DNA of 64,000 nt, taken from the IMG/VR virus record IMGVR_UViG_3300010399_000031, positions 1-64,000 of that record; one strand, written 5' to 3'. Below the pieces are notes generated by a model. It saw only the letters and a program-made list of their open reading frames with translations. It searched no databases and was not told the DNA's origin. The stretch's first letter is position 1. The number at the start of each line of letters is the position of its first letter. Both the position numbers and the translations under genes were made by a program. Positions 29,355 through 39,175 of the stretch are shown piece after piece.

Positions 29355-30827
29355 ATGTTGAGTCTTAACTCTTTGAACGCGGCCATCCCGCTTGCCGAAA
29401 TTATGGACCGCAGCAACCAGATGTTGCTGCCGGTGCCGGGTACGCCGCTCGAACAACTGGTGAATGCCACGCGCAGCAACACGCAGTTTGCACTCCCGGT
29501 GAACAACAAACAAGGGGAGTTCCAACCGAGCACTTACGACATCGAATACATCGCCAACAAGCGCAGTGAGGCAGGTGTATGCGAACATGACGTGGTGCAA
29601 GATGAAATCGTCGATATGGCGGCGCGCGCAGTGCGCGGGCATTTGGTGGTGATTCGTAATGCCGTGATTCCGGCAATCGTCGAGTTGCACGATAACGTGG
29701 CCAAAGCCATGAGTGCACTGCCGGTTTCGCGTATGCTAGGAATGGAGGTGAAGATCTACGATTTGCCGCAACCGCTAAAGTCACCGGCCATCGAAAATCT
29801 CATCTCCAAGTACGAAGGAGTGCCGCACGAGTCACCGGCGCTACGCATGAAGTGTCCGGACATCCAGATGGAGGATCTGTGCGCACTCATGAAAACGAGT
29901 GCGGGTGGTTTCGACAGTGAAGTCGATAAGTGGGTCGCCGTAGAGGGTGATTCGTTTTTCCTGCAACTGTGGGAAGACGTGTTCCAGACGAAGAACAATC
30001 ACTTCGATAAGTTCAGTCAAGCGATCGACGATCGCGAGCAAGGGATCAATCGCGCTTTGGCAATCTTTCTGATTGCTCGTAAGCTCTACGAAGATCCAGT
30101 TGAGGGGATCTCCATGTCCCTGCCCTCGTTCAAATCACTCGCGGCTCAATTTCGTGATCAAGCGGCGGCTAAGATTCGCCGAGCTTTGGGTGAGTGGGAA
30201 CTCGTCAAGCGTCGTCAGCTGCTCGTGAAGAAAGTCGACGACAAGTGCATCATCGTCAACGAAGTGGTCTACCGTCCGTGGATCATGGAAGGTAAGGGCG
30301 ACAATGACGTGCTCTTTGGTAACCTCGTGAAACAAACGGGGTACACGACGGTTGAGCAGTTGACGGAAAACGCGGGTGAGTTGAAAGCGACTTGGAATCG
30401 CACCGCAGCAGCTTCGGCCACAGGCGATCGCGCCGCGCGCTTTTTGCAACTCAAAGAGCTACTCTTCTCGGAGTTTCGTAAATCGATTCACGATTTAAAG
30501 GGTGACGTTGAAGGTCCCGACACGGCTGCTCAAGAGCGAGAGGATGTCCTTCTACGCTTTAAGACCGAGTTGGCAAAGCTGCGCGACACCGATGTGGAGT
30601 CGGTCGAACAGTTTTACCCGCTGTGCCTGAAGCTCGTGTGTCGCTCGCGTTTTTACAAGGTACCCGATGCGGAGAACTTCATCTGCCAGATGATGAAGAT
30701 CGAGAAGGATAACCCCGGCATCACCCCCCGCGAAGCTTCGACGATCGCCACAGTCGACTACATTGCCGGCTGGGTAGCTGAGATGTTCAAGGTTGTGGCC
30801 GTCGGTAGTGCTGCCGCCCGACGTTAA
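29355..30827 (+). CDS. phiKZ gp177-like core protein
   Basis: 490 aa; synteny between vRNAP beta and the head protease. Confidence 0.65.
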   Translation: MLSLNSLNAAIPLAEIMDRSNQMLLPVPGTPLEQLVNATRSNTQFALPVNNKQGEFQPSTYDIEYIANKRSEAGVCEHDVVQDEIVDMAARAVRGHLVVIRNAVIPAIVELHDNVAKAMSALPVSRMLGMEVKIYDLPQPLKSPAIENLISKYEGVPHESPALRMKCPDIQMEDLCALMKTSAGGFDSEVDKWVAVEGDSFFLQLWEDVFQTKNNHFDKFSQAIDDREQGINRALAIFLIARKLYEDPVEGISMSLPSFKSLAAQFRDQAAAKIRRALGEWELVKRRQLLVKKVDDKCIIVNEVVYRPWIMEGKGDNDVLFGNLVKQTGYTTVEQLTENAGELKATWNRTAAASATGDRAARFLQLKELLFSEFRKSIHDLKGDVEGPDTAAQEREDVLLRFKTELAKLRDTDVESVEQFYPLCLKLVCRSRFYKVPDAENFICQMMKIEKDNPGITPREASTIATVDYIAGWVAEMFKVVAVGSAAARR

Positions 30828-30839
30828 TAAGGAGGCGAC

Positions 30840-31565
30840 ATGGACCCGCGTAAATTGATTCATGACGCCGCCAAGGTTCAGTCGCATCTGAGAGAATTAC
30901 CCGATGAGCGACTGGTCGCCGTCAAACCGGTGAAGATTTACATCCCAAGCCGGTTTGCCGAGCGTAACCTCGCCACGATTGGTATCGAGACACGCATTTG
31001 TGGGATTGCGGGTGTAGTTGTGGAAGATCGCTACTACGGGCTTTTCCTCGTGAACGCCATGATGCAGATCGATCCGACCAGTACGCTCAAAGTCATGGTT
31101 GAGGAAGACGAGTATTACGAGTTCTCGTTTGATGCGGGAGCCACCGTCATGCCGACCACCCAGTTGGTGAAACAAGATACTCTGGTGTTTCGTATCTATG
31201 ACGAATTTATCGCCAAAGGACGGGTACCGTGGTACATGGGTTATGACGAGTTGGGTAAGCTCTTTGATACGGCGAAAACCTTCGCGGGGGCGAACATCGG
31301 TCAGAACCACGAAGTCACGGAGTTACTGGTTTCGATGATTGCGCGCGATCCGAGTGATCGTTCGAAGTATTATCGGCAGACCGTTAAGTCACGTGAAGAC
31401 CTCATCAAGCATCCCCCCGCGATTATTCCGTTGCGCAGTGTGCAGTACTCAGCGACCAATACGGTGAACAAGTTGGCCGGATCGTATTTCCAGGACGCTT
31501 TAACCTCAGCCTTAGTAAGCCCTGGCTCGCGCACTGAGCGAATTGAAAAACTACTCCGAACCTAA
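30840..31565 (+). CDS. phiKZ gp176-like core protein
   Basis: AAGGAGG RBS; synteny. Confidence 0.65.
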   Translation: MDPRKLIHDAAKVQSHLRELPDERLVAVKPVKIYIPSRFAERNLATIGIETRICGIAGVVVEDRYYGLFLVNAMMQIDPTSTLKVMVEEDEYYEFSFDAGATVMPTTQLVKQDTLVFRIYDEFIAKGRVPWYMGYDELGKLFDTAKTFAGANIGQNHEVTELLVSMIARDPSDRSKYYRQTVKSREDLIKHPPAIIPLRSVQYSATNTVNKLAGSYFQDALTSALVSPGSRTERIEKLLRT

Positions 31566-31612
31566 TTGGTTACATATCACTCTAAAGTGATGCCAATTAG
31601 TACGGAGTTTTC

Positions 31613-32380
31613 ATGGACCATGAAGAGAAGTTTTGTATCAGGTGCGGCGAATCGAAGCCGTTGGCTAGATTCGCCGTTCATCCTGGAAGTGGCAATCTAA
31701 GAAACGTTTGCAAAGATTGTCGAAATATATCTAACAGGGAAAGGTATAGAAATGGTGGTAGCACTTATCACGAGGAGTACCGTAAAAGAAACAAGAAAAA
31801 ATTGACGAAGTATTTCAGGGAATATGAAGAGAAAAATTACGACGGCAGAAGAAAGAAAAGAAAAGAGCGTTACCTTCTTGATAAAAGAACCGGGTTACCG
31901 CTTCATACTCGCCGGCGAAGAAGTCAACCAGGAAAACTTCACGCGAACGCTACCGTTAGAGATGCAATTTCATCCGGGGTTTTGATTCGCCCAGAATCGT
32001 GTTCAAATTGCCCGCGTAAAGACCACATTCACGGGCACCATGATTCCTATCTAAAGAAAGATCGGTTGAATGTTCGTTGGTTGTGCGCTAGATGTCATCG
32101 CGCATTTCATCTGAAATATCATCTTGTAGTTATTCTTTTGGATGAAGCTGAGGTTATCCACCCGTACACACCAGATGGCGTGTATATCGGTGTGTTTTCC
32201 CAAGCGATCCAGCATTATCCCGAAAGGAAGATTCCCGCTGAGTTAAATGATGTAGAAGTTAAGATTTATCAAAAGGTATTTCAGTACCTTGAACATTTAG
32301 GTGGAAACTTCACCAAGATGGAGTATGGAGAAATCGCGGGAGGTTTATTCGGGATCTCGGCGATTGCTCTTAAAGAATGA
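31613..32380 (+). CDS. free-standing Zn-finger/HNH endonuclease
   Basis: CIRC..CKDC finger, basic linker, CSNC..IHGHHDSY..VRWLCARCHRAFH; visibly more AT-rich than neighbours. Confidence 0.8.
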   Translation: MDHEEKFCIRCGESKPLARFAVHPGSGNLRNVCKDCRNISNRERYRNGGSTYHEEYRKRNKKKLTKYFREYEEKNYDGRRKKRKERYLLDKRTGLPLHTRRRRSQPGKLHANATVRDAISSGVLIRPESCSNCPRKDHIHGHHDSYLKKDRLNVRWLCARCHRAFHLKYHLVVILLDEAEVIHPYTPDGVYIGVFSQAIQHYPERKIPAELNDVEVKIYQKVFQYLEHLGGNFTKMEYGEIAGGLFGISAIALKE

Positions 32381-32407
32381 CCAGCATTGTTGTCAAGGAC
32401 AAACACC

Positions 32408-33160
32408 ATGTCTGTTAATAGCGTGCGTTACTCTTGTACGTCCTTGCAAGGGACGAACAAGGCCGGGTTGCTCAAACCCGATGCCAACGGTTACCGACCG
32501 ATGGTGGTCGGGGCGTTGAATATGTTCAACTCAGCTGGTGAGTTTTACGACTACGAGCGAGCCAAAAGCTTGTTCGAAGGATCGAGCCAATTGCAGCGTC
32601 GCGTTCAGCGTGGAGTGCTGAAAGGCGAATACGGGCATCCAAAGTTCGAAGTTGGGATGCGGCCCGACCAATTTGCTCACCGAGTACTCACCATCGATGA
32701 GCGAAACATTTGCTGTCACTTTCGTGAGTTGTGGTTGGATTTTAACAACTTGAAGGACAAAGACGGCAAAGCAGTCGTGGGGATCATGGCCTGGGTCAAA
32801 CCGTCGGGGCCGTTTGGCGGGTATCTGAAGGACTCGCTGGAAAACCCTGACGAGAACGTGTGTTTTTCAATTCGTGCGTTCACCGACGATAAGTACGTTG
32901 CAGGGGTAAAGCAGCGTTACCTGAAGACGGTGGTCACGTTCGACTATGTCCTGGAGCCGGGCATGGCGGTGGCTGAGAAGTATAAGGCTCCGGCACTCGA
33001 ATCGTACGACGAGCAGATCATCACACGTGGTTCATTGGAGCTGGCGATGAAAGCCACGGCAGACGTCGCTATGGAATCGGCTTCGCTTGCAAGTGATCTC
33101 TTTCAAGTCATGGGGTGGCACCTGCCGAAAGGGATCACACCCATCTTCACCCGCTGGTAA
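32408..33160 (+). CDS. head maturation protease (phiKZ gp175-like)
   Basis: LKGEYGHP (His), CFSIRA (Ser), VTFDYVLEPG motifs of the T4 gp21/phiKZ gp175 family. Confidence 0.88.
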   Translation: MSVNSVRYSCTSLQGTNKAGLLKPDANGYRPMVVGALNMFNSAGEFYDYERAKSLFEGSSQLQRRVQRGVLKGEYGHPKFEVGMRPDQFAHRVLTIDERNICCHFRELWLDFNNLKDKDGKAVVGIMAWVKPSGPFGGYLKDSLENPDENVCFSIRAFTDDKYVAGVKQRYLKTVVTFDYVLEPGMAVAEKYKAPALESYDEQIITRGSLELAMKATADVAMESASLASDLFQVMGWHLPKGITPIFTRW

Positions 33161-33170
33161 CAGCATTTGG

Positions 33171-33200
33171 CCCTAGGGGAAACCCTAGGGTTATTATGCC
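33171..33200 (+). terminator. hairpin + TATGCC
   Basis: CCCTAGGG-GAAA-CCCTAGGG-TTATTATGCC. Confidence 0.7.
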
Positions 33201-33222
33201 AGAATCAAACATTTTTTGGCAA

Positions 33223-33243
33223 TATATCACGATCCAGAGTAGT
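33223..33243 (+). promoter_or_regulatory. putative early promoter TATATCAC-N6-GAGTAGT
   Basis: Near-identical to the motif at 8753. Confidence 0.6.
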
Positions 33244-33334
33244 CAAGGGATTGGAAATTTATCTAATCCATGGTTGCTATAGCCTAAGTTATTTAGCTTA
33301 GGTTTTCCTTCTCTAAACACATCGAGACGAATCA

Positions 33335-33943
33335 ATGGAACAAAACGCGCAGCCCCGTCTGATTGTAGCCGGTACCGCTTACCATTTGGATCGTGCGTTG
33401 ACACATTCGCACACTATGCCCAAGATTGAGTTGAAGACAAGTGAGCTTCAACCTTTCGATAAGGTGGAAGTTGCGACGATTGAACCAACTGATCCGAAGA
33501 TGAATCACGGAGAAGTGACAGTGTTCAAACGTGAAGGTAAATGGATGCTACTCTGGGGTCGGGAGACGGCTCGCCGTGCCATTGAAAACGGCATCATGCA
33601 TCTGAGGGTTACCCTCATGTCCTCGCAGGCTCTAAAGCGCTGTAAAGTGGAAACCTTTACGCATCCCGATCATGGGAAACCTGCGCCGGCTCCGCTGTAC
33701 AGTGACGAGTTTCGCAATACACCGCGCTTTGTCGATAAGCGTCCGGCGCGGGAACATTCGTTAAGTGCGATCTTGGCGGAAAAACACGGTTATCACAACG
33801 GGGATTCGGCGGGTGTGAAAAGGGTAATTGACTCCCATACACCCGGTCCCCGAGGTGATCAAGAAAATCGCTCTGGTCGAACCCTTCGCACCCCCTATGG
33901 TAACAGCGCAGCATCGTATCGCAAGCCGTATCGGGATAAGTAA
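33335..33943 (+). CDS. phiKZ gp174-like hypothetical protein
   Basis: Synteny after the protease; 202 aa with a low-complexity basic tail. Confidence 0.6.
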   Translation: MEQNAQPRLIVAGTAYHLDRALTHSHTMPKIELKTSELQPFDKVEVATIEPTDPKMNHGEVTVFKREGKWMLLWGRETARRAIENGIMHLRVTLMSSQALKRCKVETFTHPDHGKPAPAPLYSDEFRNTPRFVDKRPAREHSLSAILAEKHGYHNGDSAGVKRVIDSHTPGPRGDQENRSGRTLRTPYGNSAASYRKPYRDK

Positions 33944-34020
33944 TAGTTTTTCATGTAGTCGTAACAAGATTGTGACTGAAGACACGGTCACATGTTCAAC
34001 CCCAAGGAAAGGAAAGTATC

Positions 34021-34482
34021 ATGACGGAAATCAAGAAAGAAGTCCTTGACATGTCGGAGAAGATCGGTAAAGGTCTGACTCTGGATGGCAATGTCGTATC
34101 GGCTTCGGATGGACTGTACGAGTCCTTGCTGCCCGAAGGCGTCTCCATGGATCTGCTCGAACGCGTGCAGGCACACGACACGGAAGTGCTCGCCGCCACC
34201 GCGCTCGCCGTCGGTAAGATGGGCAATCACGCCATGAAGAAAGACGAAACGCTGAACAAGATTTCGCTCGTCATGCCCACGGTTGGTAAGGATACCTTCA
34301 GTTTCGCCTACGATCGTTCGCGTCAAGTGCGTGACGGCGCACCCGGCGACAAGGATGCCGGCATGAAGACCAAATACGGCATCATGACGCTCGGTGTGGA
34401 CAAGTACGGCGCAGGTAATCGCGGTGAAGTCGGCGCGGTCAAATCGTTCCTGTCCGCCGAAGCGGCCGAAATGCTCAAGTGA
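34021..34482 (+). CDS. hypothetical protein (possible UGA read-through to 34662)
   Basis: AAGGA RBS; the same frame stays open for 59 codons past the TGA. Confidence 0.75.
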   Translation: MTEIKKEVLDMSEKIGKGLTLDGNVVSASDGLYESLLPEGVSMDLLERVQAHDTEVLAATALAVGKMGNHAMKKDETLNKISLVMPTVGKDTFSFAYDRSRQVRDGAPGDKDAGMKTKYGIMTLGVDKYGAGNRGEVGAVKSFLSAEAAEMLK

Positions 34483-34690
34483 GCCGGCCGGTGTAACGAA
34501 CCTGGGGGCTTACTAGCCACAGTGCCCCAGGGTTCCCCGCCAATTCCTCATCTCACCGAGATTGACGAGGAACGCATCATGAGACGCATCGCCCGTGGTG
34601 AAGCAGCGCAAATGGCGCGTGACTTGGCAGAAGAAGAAGGCGAAGGGCCCACGGGTAAGTAGTAAGTGGTACTCGTTTCGAAGGCGAGTG

Positions 34691-34718
34691 AGGCGAGGGG
34701 GTAAATCCCTCGCCTTTT
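34691..34718 (+). terminator. intrinsic terminator
   Basis: AGGCGAGGG..CCCTCGCCT-TTT with downstream T-tracts. Confidence 0.7.
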
Positions 34719-34750
34719 CCACGTCCATTCTTTTTTGTCTTTTTTTTGTC

Positions 34751-35119
34751 ATGATTCACATTTACACGCTTCAATTATCAAAGTGGAGACTGGTACAGCG
34801 ACAAGATATTCACATCCTGAACATCACCGCTAAGTCTGGTCTTCAGTGTTTCGCACCTGATAAGGAAAATCTCTGGGCGTATAAAGCAGGTGAAATGACT
34901 GAGGACGAATACACGAAGCGGTACTTGGAGAAGATGCGACGCTGTTACGTACAGTACCGTAACGAATGGAATCGCTTAGAGGGGTTTGAGAAAATGGCGA
35001 TCGCCTGCTACTGCCCAGCAGGCGAATATTGCCATCGTCATCTTTTCAAAGATTGCCTCACCAAGTACTTTGATGCCAAAAACATCGGGTACGAAGACCA
35101 CGGAGAACTTACGACATGA
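34751..35119 (+). CDS. DUF488-like small protein
   Basis: FAP..W.YK.G....EY..RY and ACYCPAGEYCHRH motifs; ATG 34751 follows the terminator. Confidence 0.6.
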   Translation: MIHIYTLQLSKWRLVQRQDIHILNITAKSGLQCFAPDKENLWAYKAGEMTEDEYTKRYLEKMRRCYVQYRNEWNRLEGFEKMAIACYCPAGEYCHRHLFKDCLTKYFDAKNIGYEDHGELTT

Positions 35120-35523
35120 ATATTCAAGATGTGATGACGCGCGTCAATGCTGCACTGGGTCCACGCAAGATTGACTGCATGGGGATTGGTACGGGTGGAT
35201 CTGCCCATGCCATCGGTCGCGAAGAAGCCAACACGAAAAGGACCCTTTACGGAGTGATCTGGGTCAGTGAAGAACAAGAGGAACTGGCCAAGAAGAACAA
35301 CTTTGTGTGGTTCATCGACATCAAGGTAGTTCATGAAGGTCGACTGGAAGATCGTCCGCCTGCAATACAAGCGCTACCAGCACAAATCAGCATCTACGCC
35401 CACGATCCGAGGTTGATCTTCGACGAATTGCTGGGTGCGTTATCCTCGGACTGGAGTTACAATAAGCGATTTAAGACGCAACAGAAATGGTTTCATCCGG
35501 GAACGTACGTTAAAGGGAAATAA
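35116..35523 (+). CDS. hypothetical protein, paralog of next gene
   Basis: ATGA overlap; LGP..IWVSEEQEELAKKNNFVW. Confidence 0.7.
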   Translation: MNIQDVMTRVNAALGPRKIDCMGIGTGGSAHAIGREEANTKRTLYGVIWVSEEQEELAKKNNFVWFIDIKVVHEGRLEDRPPAIQALPAQISIYAHDPRLIFDELLGALSSDWSYNKRFKTQQKWFHPGTYVKGK

Positions 35524-35526
35524 CAG

Positions 35527-35829
35527 ATGAACGTTGTCGATAAGGTTTTAAAGATTCTGGGTCCTCAACCGGGCGATTTAGAGTATCATTTGTCCAGAAA
35601 CACGCTTGAATATATCTTCGGCGAGGATCGACGTCAGGATCTTGACTTCCACGATATTTGGATGAGCGATACGGATAAAGCGCTGGCTGAAAAAGACGAT
35701 TGTGCTTGGATGCTTTCCGTCTACCAGGCCCGATGCGAAATAAGCGACCCGCACATTCAAGTATTGGCTTATAGCGCCTACGCGCTTATCAAGTACGTAC
35801 TTGATCCGTTAGTTGAAACGGTAAAGTAG
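35527..35829 (+). CDS. hypothetical protein, paralog of previous gene
   Basis: LGP..IWMSDTDKALAEKDDCAW. Confidence 0.7.
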   Translation: MNVVDKVLKILGPQPGDLEYHLSRNTLEYIFGEDRRQDLDFHDIWMSDTDKALAEKDDCAWMLSVYQARCEISDPHIQVLAYSAYALIKYVLDPLVETVK

Positions 35830-35846
35830 CGTCATGATTTTTTGAC

Positions 35847-35885
35847 GGCATAAAGGGAGAGCCAACCGGCTCTCCCCAATATGCC
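35847..35885. terminator. bidirectional hairpin flanked by GGCATA/TATGCC
   Basis: GGGAGAGCC-AACC-GGCTCTCCC between convergent genes. Confidence 0.75.
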
Positions 35886-35906
35886 CTCGAAACCATCCAG
35901 CAATGC

Positions 35907-36770
35907 TTACACCTTGATGGCGTTTGCACCCAGGTCTTGCACACCCTGTGCATAGCCGCGCGAGGTGGCCAGCACGTTCGCGTCGATCGAGTTGACGAAC
36001 GACTGTTGCATTTGCGGGTTGGCACCGGTCAGACTGATGCCCGAGAGGATCGACTGTGCGAAGAGATCGACCCCCGCACCGTACTGGAACACACCCGTGA
36101 ACGGGATGTCTTCCGTGCGGGTTTCACCCGGAGCGGTGATGTCACGGCGACCCGTGATGGCGCCCGTATTGGTCGGATACATGTTCGTACCCAGCCACGA
36201 CTGCACCACCTGTGTGCCCGAGGGATCCGGTTCGATGAACAGGATCGTTGCCGCGTACATATCCGCCAGCAGGTCCGTGACGCCAGCGCCATAGGTGGCG
36301 ATGTTGGCGAACTTGCTGTTTTCGTCCATGATCAGATTGTTGATCCAAGCACGGAAGAAGGCGGCGCACGGCATGCCGTATTTCTCGTTAAAACGCATGA
36401 CGACGTTGGAGACTTCCATCGTCACGTTGGTGGGGTCTTGTTGCCGTTGACCCGCACCGCCAACCGGGGTGTCCGCCGTCTCCACTTGCAGACCAGCGTT
36501 CAGACCCGTGATCGAGATCGCGTGCAACTCGATAAGTGCACGCAGCGTCTTAATGTACGAATCTCCATTGGGTAGCAGCGAAAAACCGCGTGGCGCTTCG
36601 ACGAGAATCGGGATGAGGTTGTGTTGAACGTATTGCTGGTTGCTGACCCATTCAGCGAGGACGGGCGAATAGCCCATCTGTCCGCCGTACTGAAGGTCGA
36701 GCATCACGTTCTGATGACCGGCAGCGTAAGAGGTGCCGTTCTGCAAGATGGCGTCGGTAATGCGGCCCAT
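35907..36770 (-). CDS. tail tube protein (phiKZ gp30-like)
   Basis: Follows the sheath gene; LFIEPDP..WLGTNMYP block; 287 aa. Confidence 0.85.
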   Translation of the reverse strand: MGRITDAILQNGTSYAAGHQNVMLDLQYGGQMGYSPVLAEWVSNQQYVQHNLIPILVEAPRGFSLLPNGDSYIKTLRALIELHAISITGLNAGLQVETADTPVGGAGQRQQDPTNVTMEVSNVVMRFNEKYGMPCAAFFRAWINNLIMDENSKFANIATYGAGVTDLLADMYAATILFIEPDPSGTQVVQSWLGTNMYPTNTGAITGRRDITAPGETRTEDIPFTGVFQYGAGVDLFAQSILSGISLTGANPQMQQSFVNSIDANVLATSRGYAQGVQDLGANAIKV

Positions 36771-36856
36771 TGCATCAGTCCTTTAAAATCAGATTTGAGG
36801 TGAGCGAGGGGAACAACGTTCCCCTGCGCCTGAGCTTTGAGGCTAACCAGAATGCG

Positions 36857-38983
36857 TTAGGCCGTCGTTTGCGTGCTTTGCAGGTTCTGCTGGAGCTGCG
36901 CCATGCGCAACGAGTTGATCGTGACAGAACCCACGGTCTTCATGTTGTTCGCATACAGATTGATCACCGTCGTCCAGGTGTAGCCACGTTGCTGGTCGTA
37001 GCCGGTCACCGTCGTCACCGGTTCGATCACGACCCGACCATCGAACCGACCCTTCACGGCATCACTGATGAAGGTATCGACGCCGTCAGCCAGCTGGAGA
37101 TCGGTCAGACTCGATTCACCCGAGTACTCGCGCCAGCTACGTTCGCCGATTTTCTCCAACTCGCAGCAGATCATCGCCGTGAAGTAGGAGTTAAGCACCG
37201 AAGTATCATCGTTGTACACCGTCTTCAGTGCCGGGAAGAAATACGCCCGGCGTGAATACGATTGTACCCAGACAAGACCTGTGGCCCAATCCTTCTGCCG
37301 CTGCGAGACTGGCGTGAAGGTTACATTGATGTCGCTGAAGTACTGTACGACAGAACCCGGTGCGTGGTCGAAATTCTTCGTGCTCTTCCACACGCCATTA
37401 CCTGCACCCATGTATTGCGCGCTCTTGATCAGTATTTCGATCGTCAGCGGCAGTCGCTTGGTGTATTGCGAACCGATGAAGGTTCCCGAGCGACCCACAA
37501 TCATGGCGCGCACCACCGGTGTGCCATAGACTTCCGATTCCGCGTAAAGCGAAACCTGCGTCTTAAGCGAAAGCGCCACCGACGATTCCTGATCGGCCGT
37601 GAGCGCCGGTCCGTTCACGGTGTGGGTTGCGAGTACCAGGAACGTATCCTTGCGATTCGCGATGAACGCCGAGAGCGCCTTTTTGGTCGCAAGCGAGAAC
37701 CCCGTATCGTAGAAGCTCGACTCGGGATTGGCTGCCGTATCCATCTTGACACTATTCGGATCACTGTAATCAGCAGCGATCTGAGCACCCACCAGAGTAT
37801 CGAACAGCGTCTCGTTCATCGTCCCGTCGCCACCGTTAAGTGCGTACAGGTTCGTATTAGGGGTGAGTTTCACCGCGTTAGCGTCGGTCGTGTTAAACAC
37901 GTACGAGCTGTATGGTACCCCTGTGGAGGTCGTACCCCCTACGAAGTTGAACAGATTTTGTTCGCCAGCAGCACCCGTGAAATCGGTGAATGTTGGCGTT
38001 GCTGCCACTTCTGCCGTATAAAACTGTTCGACAAGTGTCGCGATTTCGCTGTCGTAGCTGAAGAACTTACCGAACGGCCCGTACACGTTGGGGGTGAGAT
38101 TCGGGTTGTTCAGATCCTGCCACGCCGAAGGTACGTTTGCACCCACGTAAAGCTGCTGATCGGTGTTCTTATCGATCACTCCCGACACGAAACACACATC
38201 CATGTACTGGCTACCCGCTAACGTGGGGGTCACCGTTGAGCTGGTGTTAGCATCAGGTCGCGTAGCGAATTGGATCCGATACGGATAGACAAGCTCATCG
38301 GCGAGGATACGCGTATCGAGCGGCACCGGCGAGATCGTCGTCGGAGCATAAAAACGGATCGCGTTGTTATTACCAGCCGAACCGAAACTGGAAACTTCTG
38401 CATCCCAGATCGGATACTTCTTGGACTGCGTGGAGGTGGTCGTATCGGTCTGATCGCCAGCTATTTGCGTACCCTGGCCGAATAGATCGTTACCGTCCAC
38501 ATCGGCACCGATCGGGTCGACGACGAATTTCACCTTGTAACCTTGCACCGTCTGGCCGGTGGTCACGGGTAAACCAGTAACACCATCGAGTTGGAACGAA
38601 CCATCCGAATTGCGAGCGTACGTAGGTACTTGGATCGGACCGAGTACATCCAACGACAAACGAATCGCGGCGGGTTTGGGTGCATCGGCCGGTTGCAGTC
38701 GACGGAAAATACAGGAATTGGCGTTGGCGAGTGCGGCGTTAGCCGCGACGGTGGCGTGCGTGGCGAACTTGTCGCGCAAATCGAACGTGCGCGAACCATA
38801 CATCTGGGCGGCGGCAGCGCCGTCCACCAATTGCTCACTGAGCGGGCCTTGAGCTGCGTAGAGGTAAAAGAAAGGAAGATGGCTCGGCAATTGCTCGGGA
38901 GCGATCACGGGAGCAGTTTCGCTGCTGTCCTGAAGTCCCGTCAGATTCACCATCGGTGCAGCATTGACGAAAGTTGCCTGCAT
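36857..38983 (-). CDS. tail sheath protein (phiKZ gp29-like)
   Basis: Start MQATFVNAAP at 38983 with AGGA RBS; LNGGDGT, YDTGFS and RFDGR sheath-type motifs. Confidence 0.9.
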   Translation of the reverse strand: MQATFVNAAPMVNLTGLQDSSETAPVIAPEQLPSHLPFFYLYAAQGPLSEQLVDGAAAAQMYGSRTFDLRDKFATHATVAANAALANANSCIFRRLQPADAPKPAAIRLSLDVLGPIQVPTYARNSDGSFQLDGVTGLPVTTGQTVQGYKVKFVVDPIGADVDGNDLFGQGTQIAGDQTDTTTSTQSKKYPIWDAEVSSFGSAGNNNAIRFYAPTTISPVPLDTRILADELVYPYRIQFATRPDANTSSTVTPTLAGSQYMDVCFVSGVIDKNTDQQLYVGANVPSAWQDLNNPNLTPNVYGPFGKFFSYDSEIATLVEQFYTAEVAATPTFTDFTGAAGEQNLFNFVGGTTSTGVPYSSYVFNTTDANAVKLTPNTNLYALNGGDGTMNETLFDTLVGAQIAADYSDPNSVKMDTAANPESSFYDTGFSLATKKALSAFIANRKDTFLVLATHTVNGPALTADQESSVALSLKTQVSLYAESEVYGTPVVRAMIVGRSGTFIGSQYTKRLPLTIEILIKSAQYMGAGNGVWKSTKNFDHAPGSVVQYFSDINVTFTPVSQRQKDWATGLVWVQSYSRRAYFFPALKTVYNDDTSVLNSYFTAMICCELEKIGERSWREYSGESSLTDLQLADGVDTFISDAVKGRFDGRVVIEPVTTVTGYDQQRGYTWTTVINLYANNMKTVGSVTINSLRMAQLQQNLQSTQTTA

Positions 38984-39175
38984 GATGTATTCCTGAGTTA
39001 ATGGTATAGTTTCGAAGGCGATGGCAAGCATCATACTTATTTGAAATTTTACCGGGAACACCCATCAGGTCACCGGACAATTTCTATAAAATTAGATGAA
39101 ACTTGTCATCGAGAAAGAATATGGTGGTCCAGCAAGCGGCTGGACCCGTGACACTCCATTCAGGATGTACTTGCG

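Noticed and set aside
35937-39001. Long + strand ORFs (212, 161, 319, 136 aa) opposite tube and sheath
   Set aside because: Antisense shadows of highly biased coding sequence, with no motifs.
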